A DNA stretch of 64,000 nucleotides, taken from NCBI GenBank assembly GCA_951406725.2, contig OX597815.1, positions 55,180,001-55,244,000 of the forward strand, given 5' to 3'. A program made the translations under genes and the position numbers. The notes beneath the pieces are model-generated. The model was not told the origin of the DNA. It was given only the letters and a program-made list of their open reading frames with translations, and did no database searches. The stretch is from Octopus vulgaris (taxonomy: Eukaryota). Below, in pieces: positions 51,513 to 63,503 of this stretch (its first letter is position 1; the number at the start of each line of letters is the position of its first letter).

Positions 51513-51620
51513 AACAATCAAAATAACCATCAACAATTTCTCGAACACTCTTAATTGTATGATTATAATAATCAGTACATGTATCATACCATTTTTGTTA
51601 TCTTCAACTTTACAGAACAG
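51513..51620 (-). CDS. FABP-like gene, exon 3 (two compensating frameshifts as assembled)
   Basis: Acceptor TTTTAATTTTCTAG, donor GTAACT; 108 nt; corrected reading LFCKVEDNK-WYDTCTDYYNHTIKSVREIVDGY-LIV contains the FABP REIVDG motif. Confidence 0.8.
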
Positions 51621-52030
51621 CTAGAAAATTAAAACATCAGGATATTAATAGTTGAAGTAAGGAGACATTCTGCAAAACTGTAATGTAAGAAAATACTAAA
51701 TAATAGAACATAAATAGAATTAGATTGTAGCTGATTTGTCATAATCAATGAAAGCAGATTATATATAATGAACTCAGATTATATCTATACTTATATACTC
51801 ATATATAACACAGTCAGGTCTGTGTCAATGTTATTGTTCAGTTATGTGCGTATGGGTAATGTGAAATGGGAAGGAGTATGTGTATGTGTGTGTGGTGACT
51901 GTTGTTTGTCTGTGCATGTGATTTGTATGTGTGTGTACATGTATGTGTGTGTGGTATATGGTAGAAATAGTTAACAAGAAACAAGTTGATAAATATAATA
52001 ATGATATATGAAATGAAAAAGTGAACTGAC

Positions 52031-52212
52031 TTTAAATTTTATTCCAAAGTTGTCAACTCCACTGAAAGTTTCATTCAACTTGAAATTATAAATTTTAGTT
52101 AATGAAGGATCTTCTTTATAACCTGTAGTCATTTTAAACTGATTTCCATCTTTTACAGTGTCTACAAAACCTGTTGAGGCCAACATTTTGTTTGCTGTTT
52201 CTGTTGGAATAT
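52031..52212 (-). CDS. FABP-like gene, exon 2
   Basis: Acceptor TTTTTATTTCACAG, donor GTCAGT; 182 nt, phase 1 to 0; IPTETANKMLAST...KDGNQFKMTT...NFKLNETFSGVDNFGIKFK. Confidence 0.88.
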
Positions 52213-52380
52213 CTGTGAAATAAAAATTCTCATGTAAAAATCAACAAAACTAACAAAGAAAAATAAGACAATTAACAAATAAGATAAGACAGGAAAGCTG
52301 TGTCAATAGTCATTAAAAGAAATGCTTTTACACATTTCTAAGTATTTCTGTTCAATATTCCTATATGAAATTGTTTCTTC

Positions 52381-52812
52381 AGGCATGGCTGTGTGGTAAG
52401 AAGGTTGTTTCCCAACCACGTAGTTATGGGTTCAGCCCCACTGCATGATACCTTGAGGAAGTGTCTTTTATTATAGCCTCAGGCTTGTGAGTGGGTTTGG
52501 TAGACAGAAATGAAAGAAGCCCATCATGTGTGTGCGTGCATGTGTGTGTGTGTGTGTGTACATGAGTGCATGTGTGTACATGTGAGTGCATGTGTACATA
52601 TGTGTTTGTCCCTCACCATCACTTGACAACCAGTGTTGGTGTGTTTATGCCCCCATAACTTAGCAGTTTGGCATAAGAGATCGACATAATAACTACCAGG
52701 TTTAAAAAAAAAAAGAAAAATAACTGGGGGTGATTTCTTCGACTAAAAATTCTTCAAGACAGTGCCCCAGCATAGCCACAGTCTAATGATTGAAACAAGT
52801 AAAAGATAAAAA
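52381..52812 (+). mobile_element. tRNA-derived SINE with internal (TG)n and CR1-group-like tail; a second interrupted copy at ~53115-53920
   Basis: GGCATGGCTGTGTGGTAAG head, GGTTCAGCCCC B box, tail GTGCCCCAGCATAGCCACAG...TGAAACAAGTAAAAG. Confidence 0.75.
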
Positions 52813-53387
52813 ATGTCAGATCCGAAATGAGAAATGACTGAACATTCAATAAAAGATTAACATCAAATTATCTAGTATACATCAAAACACATGTTAATCA
52901 CACTTCACTCATTTCAGCTAAGACATAGCTTCAAGTGTAAAAGGTTATTCCACGTCATCTTTATAAACTTCATAACTATTTTAGTTATATAAACAGAATT
53001 CTGCATTTCTTGAAAATAAACATTGGGCAATATTTTCTTTGCCATGAGTCACAAATTCAGTGTAAATACAAAGGAATATAGCAACTGATAAGGGGAAAAT
53101 TGTAAATGAGGTGTGTGGAGACACAAGCACGGTATTGTGACAAAAAGTTTGCTTCCCAACCAAATGATTCCCTGTTCAATCCCATAGCATGGCACATTGG
53201 GCAAGTGTCTTTCACCATAGTGAGTGGTCAACCAAAGCCTTGTGAATGGATTTGGTAAGTGTAAACTGAAAGAAGCCCATCATGTACATATAAGAAGCCC
53301 GTTGTGTATATTTATATATATATATATACACATTTATCAAATCATTTTTGCAAGAATCCTAATGTGAAATCATGTGTTGAAACAGGT

Positions 53388-53685
53388 ATTGTTGTATTTC
53401 ACGATGATCATTTTTTTTTTTTTTTGCCAAATAAACTATATATTCTTTCTTAACTCTTATAATACTGTTCTTATTTTATTATTTTAACTCATGTCCATTG
53501 TCTGGAAATCTTTTGCCATACATCTGTGACCTCTTCAGTGACACTTTTTGAAAGATTTCCGGACAATGAACATGAGTTAAAATAATAAAATAAGATCAGT
53601 AATAAACAAGTGAAGAGAAAATATATAATCCATGTGTTTATTTGGCAAAAATTTTTTTTTATTTACCATCCTGAAATACAACAAT
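53388..53685. repeat. Imperfect ~300-bp palindrome inserted in a SINE
   Basis: 53463-53513 vs 53551-53601, and 53388-53436 vs 53636-53685, are inverted. Confidence 0.8.
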
Positions 53686-54277
53686 ATAATATATATATAT
53701 TTATATGAGTGTGTCTTTGTGTCTGCATTTGCCCCAACCATCACTTGACAACTGATGTTAATGTGTTTATGTCCCATAACTTAGGGGTTCAACAAAAGAG
53801 TCTGATAGAATAAGTACTAGGCTTACAAAGAATAAGTCCTGGGGTGAATTTCTTCAACTAGAAAGCCTTTTAAGGTGGTGTTCAGCAGAGTCATAGTCAG
53901 ATGACTGAAACAAGTAAAAGAATATGTATGTTCCCTGCATCCCTTTCCAGCTAGTATTCCTAACCTTACAGGCTCATGGGTGCCAGAGCCACAAAAAAGA
54001 AACACTCATACCAGTGCCACATACACACACCCATGCCAGTATTGCATAAAATCACCCAGTACACTCTGTAAAATGGTTGGTGTTAGAAAGAGCATCTCGC
54101 CATAGGAACCATGCCAAAACAGACAAATGGAGCCTGGGCAGCTCTTATTAAACCATCTAACCCATGCCAGCATGGAACACAGACATTAAGTGATGATGAT
54201 GATGATATACACACACCCACATATATATCTACATATGTAAGGTTGTATGTATATATGTATATATATATATATATATA

Positions 54278-55972
54278 TTGGCTTTTGTTGACACAGAGAA
54301 AGCCTTTGACAGGGTCTCCCGATCCCTTAGCTGGTGGTCAATGTGGAAACTAGGGAAAGATGAGTGGTTAGTGAGAGCTGTACAAGTCATGTACAGGGAC
54401 GCTGTCAGTAAGGTGAAGGTTGGCAATGAGTATAGTGAAGAATTCTGGGTAGGGGTCTACCAAGGATCAGTCCTCAGCCCCCTCTTATTCATCATAGTCC
54501 TCCAAGCAATAACAGAGGAATTCAAGACAGGATGCTCCTGGGAGCTTCTTAATGCTGATGACCTTGCTCTAATAGCTGAGGCACTATCAGAACTAGAGGA
54601 GAAGTTTCAGGTGTGGAAGCAAGGTCTACAATTGAATGGCCTTAGAGTCAATCTAACAAAAACCAAAACTCTTAATAGTAGGAAGGCAGACAAATCACAA
54701 ATCCCTTCAGGTAGATGGCCCTGCTCAATCTGTAGGAAAGGCATAGGTAGAAATTCCATAAGATGTACCTGGTGTAAGCTATGGACACATAAGAGGTGCA
54801 GCAATATCAAAGGAAGACTAACTGGTAAAATAGTTTTGTGTGTGTCAAATGTTCAGGAGCAATAAACACTGAAAATGTGCAGAAAACAGCTTCCTTCACA
54901 TGCTAGGGAGAAAAACTAGAAGTAGTTGATAGCTTTTGTTACCGAGGTGACCAAGTCAGTAGCTGGGGTGGATGCACTGAGAGTGTAGCTGCTAGAATAA
55001 GAATAGCCAGGGCAAAGTTCAGAGAGCTTCTACATCTGCTGGTGACAAAGGGCTTCTCCCTCAGAGTAAAAGGTAGATTATATGACACATGTGTGCAAAC
55101 AGCCATGCTTCCATGGCAGTAAAACACAGGCCATGACTATTGAGGACATGCATAAGCTTGCAAGGAATGAAGCCAGTATGCTCTGCTAGATGCGTAATGT
55201 CAGTGTGCATACACGACAGAGTGTAAGCACCCTGAAAGAAAAGTTGGACATAAGAAGCATCAGATGTGGTATGCAAGAGAGACAACTGCACTGGTATGGT
55301 CATGTGCTGCATATGGATGAGGACAGCTGTGTGAAGAAGTGTCACACCCTAGCAATAGAGAGAACCTGTGGAAGAGGTAGACCCAGGAAGACCTGGGATG
55401 AGGTGGTGAAGCATGACCTTCGAACACTGGGCCTCATGGAGGTGAAAACAAGTGACCGAGACCTTTGGAGATATGCTGTGCTTGAAAAGACCCGGCAGGC
55501 CAAGTGAGACTGTAAGCGTGGCCTATGCCAGTGCAGCATAACCGGCCCATTTAAGAGTACCTTTCAATCATTGGGCTTCTGAAGACCTGTTGAGTCAATT
55601 GAAGTCATTGTTGTGGCCGATGACAGTACTGCCTGATTGGTACCCATGCCATTGGCATGTAAAAAGCACCATTCGAGTGTGGTCAATGCCAGTGCCACCT
55701 GACTGGTCCCGTGCCGATGGCACATAAAAAGCACCGTTTGAGCAAGATTGTTGCCAGTGCCATCTGACTGGCTCCCATGCCGGTGGTACGTAAAAAACAC
55801 CCACAACACTCTTGGAGTGGTTGGCATTAGGAAGGGCATTCAGCTGTAGCAACTTTGCCAGATCAGATTGGAGCCTGGTGCAGCCTTCTGGCTTGCCAGC
55901 CCTCAATCAAACCATCCAACCCATGCCAGCATGGAAAGCGGACGTTAAATGACAATGACGATGATGATGATA
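54278..55972 (+). mobile_element. RTE-clade LINE, 5'-truncated, with (GAT)n tail
   Basis: AFVDTEKAFDRV, QGSVLSPLLF, LLNADDL, internal CSIC...C..C..WTH..C finger, WYGHV, RGRPRKTW. Confidence 0.92.
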
Positions 55973-56699
55973 TGGATGAGTGTATCTTTGTATTTGTGTA
56001 TGTTCCATTGCACCCAGCCCATGACAACCAGTGCTGGTTCGTTTACATCCCTACAGTTCAACAAATGAGACTAAGAGAATAAGTACTGGGGCTGATTCAC
56101 TCAACTAAAACTGTTCAAGGCCCCAGCATGGCCACAGCCTAATGACTGAAACACATTAAAAAGGTAAAAGGTATATAATTTGTTTTTTAGGTAGAAGACC
56201 ATTTGTTGAAATCAAACTACTTGACATCAATTTACATCACAATTTTATCTTTAATGCTGCACCTTTTCCAGATATCTGCAAGAGATTTGATAACAGAAAC
56301 CTAATGGAACAACAGTACAGTTTATTTAATATTTCAACAAGAGAGTGTTTATCTGACATTTTCAACTGCTTGCTGATTACTGTTAATATCACACGATAAT
56401 TACAAGAGTTGTAAGGGTTGTAAGAGTTGTGAGTGTTAAGAAAATTAATATTTTGTTTAAGGAAATATTTTTGGACTTCAGAGAACTTTGCTTTGCTGAT
56501 GTCATAACAAGTCTGAAACATGTCTGGAGTTGATGAGATGATGAAATAATTAAAATGATATTAGTCATTATTACTTTACTTGACATAATTATTTTTAGTA
56601 AACATATAATGCAGGGAGCACTATGCAACTAGCACTAACTTGACTGATATTTTCATAAATTAACACATAAGTATTAACTAGAATTATTATAAAAAAGAC

Positions 56700-56955
56700 A
56701 GCATGTAAAAAACACCATTTGAGCGTGGCCGTTGCCAGTACCGCCTGACTGGCTCTCATGCCAGTGGCACGTAAAAGCTCCCACTACACTCTCGAAGTGG
56801 TTGGCGTTAGGCAGGGCATCCAGCTGTAGAAACTCTGCGAGATCATGATTGGAGCCTGGTGCAGCCATCTGGTTCACCAGTCCTCAGTCAAATCATCCAA
56901 CCTATGCTAGCATGGAAAGCAGACGTTAAACGATGATGATGATGATGATGATGAT
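56700..56955 (+). mobile_element. RTE 3'-tail fragment (others at 36257-36315, 38636-38890 minus, 40600-40852, 53930-54205)
   Basis: Homologous to 55660-55972, ending GGAAAGCAGACGTTAAACGATGATGAT. Confidence 0.8.
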
Positions 56956-57149
56956 GTCAGCTCACTTGAAATAATTTACTATATGATCAACTAGAATGAT
57001 TGTACTAAACTTATCAGAGAAATACTCAAATAGTTATCCTGTTTTGTAGAATCTCTCTATCCACTTTGAATGGAAGCTGTGAGTATGTGACAATCTACAT
57101 TCAGATGCCACTTTCAACTCTCTTCTTGATTAATCTGATCAATTTTCAA

Positions 57150-57720
57150 GGTGTCACCTACTTTTTGCTAGTGCAAAATTCTTGTGGGGGCTGGATTGAT
57201 GCCCTGCCTGTGGCCACCATTGGAGATCTACTCAGTCTAGATGAGCTCTGCATCTCCATCAAACTCAAAGTGGGAGTTAATAACTGTCTTTCCACCTAAA
57301 TGTTGGTTTTTGCTCACCACACTGAGATAAACTTAACCATTAAGCTGGCCCTGGCTTGGATTAATATCCCCTCAGTTCTAGAGCCAGTGGAATTATTCAG
57401 AAGTGATGGGAAGAGACCAGATGGTATTACTCTCTTCCCTGGGTAAGAAGTGTGTGACTCTTGCTCCCTCCCACATCGTGGATGCTGTGGTAAATAGGAA
57501 GGTCACTGCTTCTATAGCTGAACGGAACAAAACCCTAAAGTATCAGGACCTGGCAGTGACCTATTTCTTCCAGCTGGTGACATTTGAAAAATTTGGAGTG
57601 ACTGGGTCACTAATGATGTAGCTCACCTTACCATGGTACCAGGTGATGCCCATGAGGGTGCTTGGTTATCCACTGCCTTAGCCTAACCACCACCAATGGT
57701 AATGCGCAAGTGTGTTGATT
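57150..57720 (+). mobile_element. Old RLE-class (CRE-like) LINE 3' remnant
   Basis: GGWIDALPV...IKLKVG; AERNKTLKYQDL...FQLVTFEKFG. Confidence 0.55.
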
Positions 57721-58449
57721 TGCTTCAGTAGATTCTGTTGAACCTTGTGATGTGCAACCAATCGAGGCACTTGGTGCTGCATTGATGCTCTTTTTCTTTT
57801 TCCTTTTTCTGTTATTCTTTTGTAAAATATATTCCTTTTTATTGAATTAGCTATTTTAAATTACGTAAGTTTAAACACAAACATTTAATTGGCCTTTATG
57901 TATAATATTTAACATTCTTGCATACATTTACATATATTTCCATGTGACATTTATGTATAACTGGTTAGTTTATTTTTTGTTCCATTCAATCTCAATTGTT
58001 TTCTGATTTTTCATTTAGTTATTACTAAAACAACAATAAATTTTATTTGAAGATTGTACATAAAATAATTCTTTTTTCAAAGTAAATAAGAATAAAAAAA
58101 AAGAAAGAAAGATTAAATTTATGTTCCTGATGTACAGGAACAAGAGTTAATATATTAACTGAACAATTAGTCCAGCTACTTACAATTTTTACTAATAACA
58201 CTGCTCTTTTTATTTTTCTTCTTGATAATTCTTTCTATTTAAGGACTGAAATTTGGCAGGTGTGGGCAAGTCAATGATATCGATCCCAGCACTTAACTAG
58301 TACTTATTCCATCCAAAAGGATGGAAGGCAAAGTTAACCTCGGCGGAATTTGAACTCAGAACATAAAGCTGGGAGAAATGCCACTAAGCATTTCGTCTTG
58401 CATACCGACAACTCTCGCCACCTTCTTGATAATAACGAATCCTTGCATA

Positions 58450-60420
58450 GGTCAAGGAGGGAAAAGAAAGGCAGATATTCAAAAAGAAAGTGTACACTTA
58501 TACAAAACTATCTCCTGAAATTAAGCAAATTTGTTTATTTTTGTAATTTTTTTTTTTTTTGCCAAAAATCTCCGTTTTAGGATACAGAGGTTCCGGAAAA
58601 TTGCCAAAAATCGGCATTGTGATCCCCCCCCCCCATTTCCCCCAACTTCTTCAATTTTGACTTTTTTCCCCAATACTAACCCTAAAACCCTAACCCTAGC
58701 CCCAAAACCCTAACCCTGACTCTAAAACCCTAACCCTAAAACACTAACCGTAAGTACAGAAATGTTTTGAAATTTTTGTCCGAATCATGATGTCCGTATT
58801 TTTCCGCATATTTTGAAAAAAAAAATTGGGAAAAAAATTAAAAATGAAGGAAATGGGGGTGGGATGGTAATTTAGAAATGTCGATTTTTGCAAATTTTTT
58901 TGCAGATTCGTATTCCCCGCAGCCGAAAAGGAGAGGGGTTGTGTCGAAAAAAATATTTTTTAAGGGTGGTTTTTGGTGGGGGACGGGCGGAAGTCTTGCC
59001 ACGTCTTGAGAAGGTTTTTGCAGAAGCTACACACACGCATGTAAACAACAATCGTGCGCAACTGCATCAAGTACGTAATAAGTTTTAATGAAGTAAATAG
59101 TCTTACACTCTGAGATAATATGTTAAAATTCTTGGTTAATGTTGACATTATTACCTGGAAACGAAATCAGAAAATAAATAGTGCAACGGGTGTAAAAAAG
59201 GGTGTAGAAAACGAATATGAAAACAAAACTGCGCAGTAAGCAACGGGTGGGGGGAAGAGAGGACTTAATAAAATTTACAAGGTCCGAGTTTTTCCCTCAT
59301 AACTGTTAGGAAAATGGGTCCTTTTTTTAATGAAATTTTATATAAATACCTTTCAAACGGCATACATTACCATTATAACGAAATTTGTGGGTAAAATATC
59401 TTCTGAAGAAGTGAGTAGAAGACTTCGGAATGTTCACAATGTCCGATTTTTTCCCTCGTTACTTTAAGGAAAACGGATATCTTTTAATGAAATTGTATTT
59501 ATATACCTTTCAAACGGCATGCATTACAGATGCCTAATATACCTCAAATCTCTTATTTTTGTTCGGAAAAAAGGGATGGGGTGGGGGAGAAACCGGAATT
59601 ATTAGAAAATGGGTTAACCTCCAGTGTTTGACCCAAGCAAAAAGAAAATGAAAAAAAATAGTGTAATAGGTGTAAGACAACATGTAGTAAACGAATGTGA
59701 AAAAAATGTACGCTGGCGAACGGGAGGTGGGGTGACGACTCGGAAAATTCACATCTTTTGTCGATGAATGAATTACGGTGACCTAATATGCCACAATCTG
59801 CAATCTGGAATTAATATAGCCAGTGATTTTTAAGAGGTATATAAAAGATATTTTGTTTTATTATAATAATTTCACACACAAACACTAACGTGGTTTTTGT
59901 AAGGATTTTTTCGGGGGGTGGCTACAGAAACCAACATTTTCGACTGTGGAGATTCCGAATCTTCAAAAAAATCGGCCAGCGCGCATTTTTTTTCTTCCTA
60001 TTCATTTACTACATGTTGTTTTACACCTATTATACTATTTTTTTTTTCAGTTTTGTGACCGGGTGTCGAAGTGGAGTTACTGGATCGTGTGAATTATCAG
60101 AGTCCGCACCCCATCCACTCCGTCACAAAAACTGAGAAAAAAAAAACAGAGTACTAGGTGTAAAATAAGGTGTAGTAAACGAATATGAATTAAAAAATTT
60201 TCGCCGACAAACGGGGAAATGGTGAGAGGACTCGGAATATTCCCGATGTGAATTTTCCGAGTCGCCACCTGCCTCCCGTTCGCCAGCGCGCTTTTTTTTC
60301 ATATTCGTTTTACACCTATTGCACTATTTTTTTTTTTCGGGTCAAACATTGGAGTTTAACCGAAAAACCTACCTATGTACGATCATGGTCAACACCCGCA
60401 AAAATAAACAATGGTCAACA
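58450..60420. mobile_element. Cluster of non-autonomous DNA transposon (MITE-like) fragments
   Basis: Blocks shared with 20923-21290, 23062-23298, 50320-50780 and 63085-63446, in both orientations. Confidence 0.65.
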
Positions 60421-60424
60421 AGGA

Positions 60425-60735
60425 TTTTTTTTTATCTAGTTTCAGCTCACAAGCTGTGGCCATGCAGGGGCACCGCCATTTGGTGTTGCTACATGATTTT
60501 ACTTCACGAATGCTTTTTAGCAATTGCCATTTGGTGCATGAGAGAGTTCGATGCAGCTGCCCTCATCTGCACCTCCTGCCGTGAAGTTGGTTCATCTGGG
60601 ACACCTGACAAGAAGAGATCCAGTTTTATTTTAAAGACCTCTGCATCCACCCCATGCAGGTCTCTGAAGTTCTTCGGGAGGATATTGAAGAGCTGTGGGC
60701 CTCGGAAGCCCAGGCTATCACAGTATCTTGTCCTA
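60425..60735 (-). mobile_element. 3' end of a CR1-group LINE
   Basis: RTRYCDSLGFRGPQLFNILP...FKIKLDLFLSGVPDEP, then 3' UTR and A-rich tail. Confidence 0.85.
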
Positions 60736-62015
60736 CGAGGGGCGTTCAATAAGTAATGCCTCTGACCCACTTGCATTTGTTTGATCTAGCTGAAATTTTG
60801 CATGTGCAATTACCTATACCTCTATGGATTAAGTAGCAAATTACAGCTCTGAACTAATTGTGGTTTCTGATTTACAGGTGTTTGAACTGAGTCAAGTGTG
60901 AAACGGAGCCTGTTGAGTGTCGAGCAGTGATGCGGTTTTTGTATTTGAAAGGACGCACACCACGGGAGACTTTTGATGAAATAAAAGTAACTTATGGTGA
61001 TGATGCCCCATCATATGACCTTGTAAAACGCTGGCATCATGAATTCAAACATGGTCGGAACTTTGTGGAAACAGCTCCCAGATCTGGTCGCCCCTTCTGC
61101 CATTGATGAGGCATCTGTCCGTCAAGTTGAGGCTGCCATTTTGGAAGATCGACGCATAACTATTCGCCAAATAGCCCATGTGGTTAAGATTAGTACCGGG
61201 TCTGTGGAAACTATCATTCATGACCATTTGCATATGCAAAAGGTGTCTGCCAGATGGATTCCCAGGCTGCTCACACCTTTCCAGAAGCAAGAACGCGTCG
61301 ATAGCGCGAGGATGAATTTGAAGATGTGCCAAGAAGATGAGTCAAAATTTTTCAAAAGACTGATTACACAAGATGAAACCTGGGTCCATCACTATGATCC
61401 AGAGACCAAAGCCCAGTCAATGCAGTGGAAGCACCGTGACCCACCTCCTCCAAAGAAGGCAAGGGTGCAGCCCTCCGCTGGCAAGGTCATGCTCACAGTC
61501 TTCTGGGACCAGGACGGAGTAGTGATGACAGATTTCTTGGCAAAGGGTGCCACAATTACAGGAGTCTATTATGCTTCACTTTTGAGGAAATTAAGAGAAG
61601 CTATCAAAATCAAGAGGCGGAACAAGATCAACAAAGGCATCCTCCTCCTGCAGGACAATGCTCCGATCCACAACTCGCGTGTCGCCAGATCAGAAGCACA
61701 GGCGTGCGGCTATGAACTCATCCCCCATCTCCTGACCTGCACCCTCTGATTTTCACCTCTTCCCAGCCATGAAGTTGTTTTTGAAAGGAAAGCGTTTCCC
61801 AGATGATGCAGCCTTGATTTCTGAAGTCACGTCGTGGTTGGAGGACCAAGCTGGGGTCTTCTACAAAAACGGTCTTCAGAGCTGCATCAAACGATGGGAG
61901 AAATGCGTAACTCTGGGTGGTTCCTATGTAGAAAAAGACTAATAACTGTGCCAAGTTTCGTTGCTCTACTGCTATGGGAAGTGGGTCAGGGGCATTACTT
62001 ATTGAACGCAACTCG
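60736..62015 (+). mobile_element. Mariner transposon, defective copy 2
   Basis: TIRs as copy 1; TA at 60734-35 and 62016-17; transposase remnant 60903-61942. Confidence 0.97.
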
Positions 62016-62017
62016 TA

Positions 62018-62935
62018 CATATCGTACATTTGTTTGTTTAGGAGATTTGAAACTTTTGTACGCCGTCTCATTAGAATTTTCCTCTCTCTGGGGATTTTGC
62101 TCCTGTGTACAGTGGCCTTTCTCTCTGGGACACATTTGTAGCATATGGCTTGCATTACAGACATGAATTGTTGAAGTTTCATGTCGATGTCTGGCGAGGA
62201 GAGACATTCAGGCCAGTTTTGTTTGAGGATCTCTTTCTCAATTTGTTTCCAGTTTGCCTTATGGAAGTTCAAGCAGGAAAGATTCTGAGAGTTTCTTGTA
62301 GGCTGCATGTCCATGCTTTCCTTTGGCTCGTACATGGTCAGCTCTACCATGTTGTGATCCGAGAGTAGTGTTGGTGTCACTTTCACATTATGGATGAGAT
62401 CCATATTATTTGTGAAGCAGAGATCCAGTATGTTACCTGCCCTGGTTGGTTGGAGTATTACGTGCTCCATGTACAGAGTGTTGATGAGGTTCAGGAGGGA
62501 CCTCGCCTGTCCTCGTTCGCATCGTGTCATTCCTGGGAGAGAAAGGCCCTCGGGCCATCTGACGTTGGGTAGATTGAAGTCACCCATAAGAAGTACACTT
62601 ATGTGTTGTTCTAATGTGACTAGAACTTCTATTTTTATAAGGCAGTCTTCAAACTTGCCTACATGGCTTGGGGCATCTGGAGGGCGATATGTAGCACATA
62701 TAACTATACCAAGTTGCCTTATACGTACAATTAGTGTGTCACACACCGAATTTGAGTATGACAAAAGGACCTGGAGTGTGAGGTCCTCACGGATGTACAT
62801 AGCAACTCCTCCATGACTCCTTTCTTTTCTGTCGGTCCGTAGTACAACATACTGTGGTATGTGTATTTCCGCATCTGCTATGTCCTTTTTCAGGTGTGTT
62901 TCCGTAAGTGCTATGCATAAGGCTTGATTGCATGG
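62018..62935 (-). mobile_element. CR1-group LINE APE endonuclease region
   Basis: YRPPD, GDFNLP, NILDLCF, SDHN; paralogous to 12180-13070. Confidence 0.9.
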
Positions 62936-63084
62936 GGATAATTAATAATTGATTAGAGACTGAATGTTAAAGACGAAGGAACTCACTAGCAAAAATGAAA
63001 ATAGATGATTGATGGAGAGCTCTTAGAGAGGGTAAATTTATTTTTAAGAAAGTCAAAGTGATACATTATACTCAGAGGCAGGCG

Positions 63085-63446
63085 GGCGGAGGTAAAGGTC
63101 ATGGATCGCACCCCACTTTCGGGGTTTGGGGGGGAGGTGGGGGTCTAAAGAAGCCCACTTTTTCGACTGCAGAGATTCCGAATCTGCAAAAAAATCGGCA
63201 TTTCGAAATTTAAATTACAAATTTTTTTTCAGAATCATATTTTCCATACTTTCCTACGTATTTCGCCAAAAGAAAATTGAAAAAAAGTGAAAAATGAAGA
63301 AATTGGGGTGGGATTTAAATTTTGAAATGCCGATTTTTTGGAAGATTCAGAATTTCCATAGTCGAAAAAGTTGGTTTCTGTGGCCCCACCCCCTACACCA
63401 CACACAAAACTGAAAGGTGGTGCGCTACGTGACCTTTACCTCCGCC
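63085..63446. mobile_element. MITE with GG-starting TIRs and 8-bp TSD (Merlin-like)
   Basis: GGCGGAGGTAAAGGTCA / TGACCTTTACCTCCGCC; GGCAGGCG (63077-84) vs GGCAGACG (63447-54). Confidence 0.85.
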
Positions 63447-63503
63447 GGCAGACGTACAAAAGTAAATGAGAGGAACGGTAAAAAGATCAAAATGTCATAA
63501 TAC

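Noticed and set aside
55560-55830. Repeated ~60-bp units with AAAAGCACC as a CRISPR-like array
   Set aside because: Degenerate tandem repeats within the RTE 3' UTR, with no constant repeat and unique spacer structure, in a eukaryotic context
58676-58750. CCCTAA-like repeats as a telomere or fusion scar (also 49407-49640, 50408-50430)
   Set aside because: Short, degenerate and embedded in interspersed repeat families present in several copies
61718-62800. 360-aa ORF as a novel fusion gene
   Set aside because: It is a LINE APE frame running by chance into the antisense strand of the mariner
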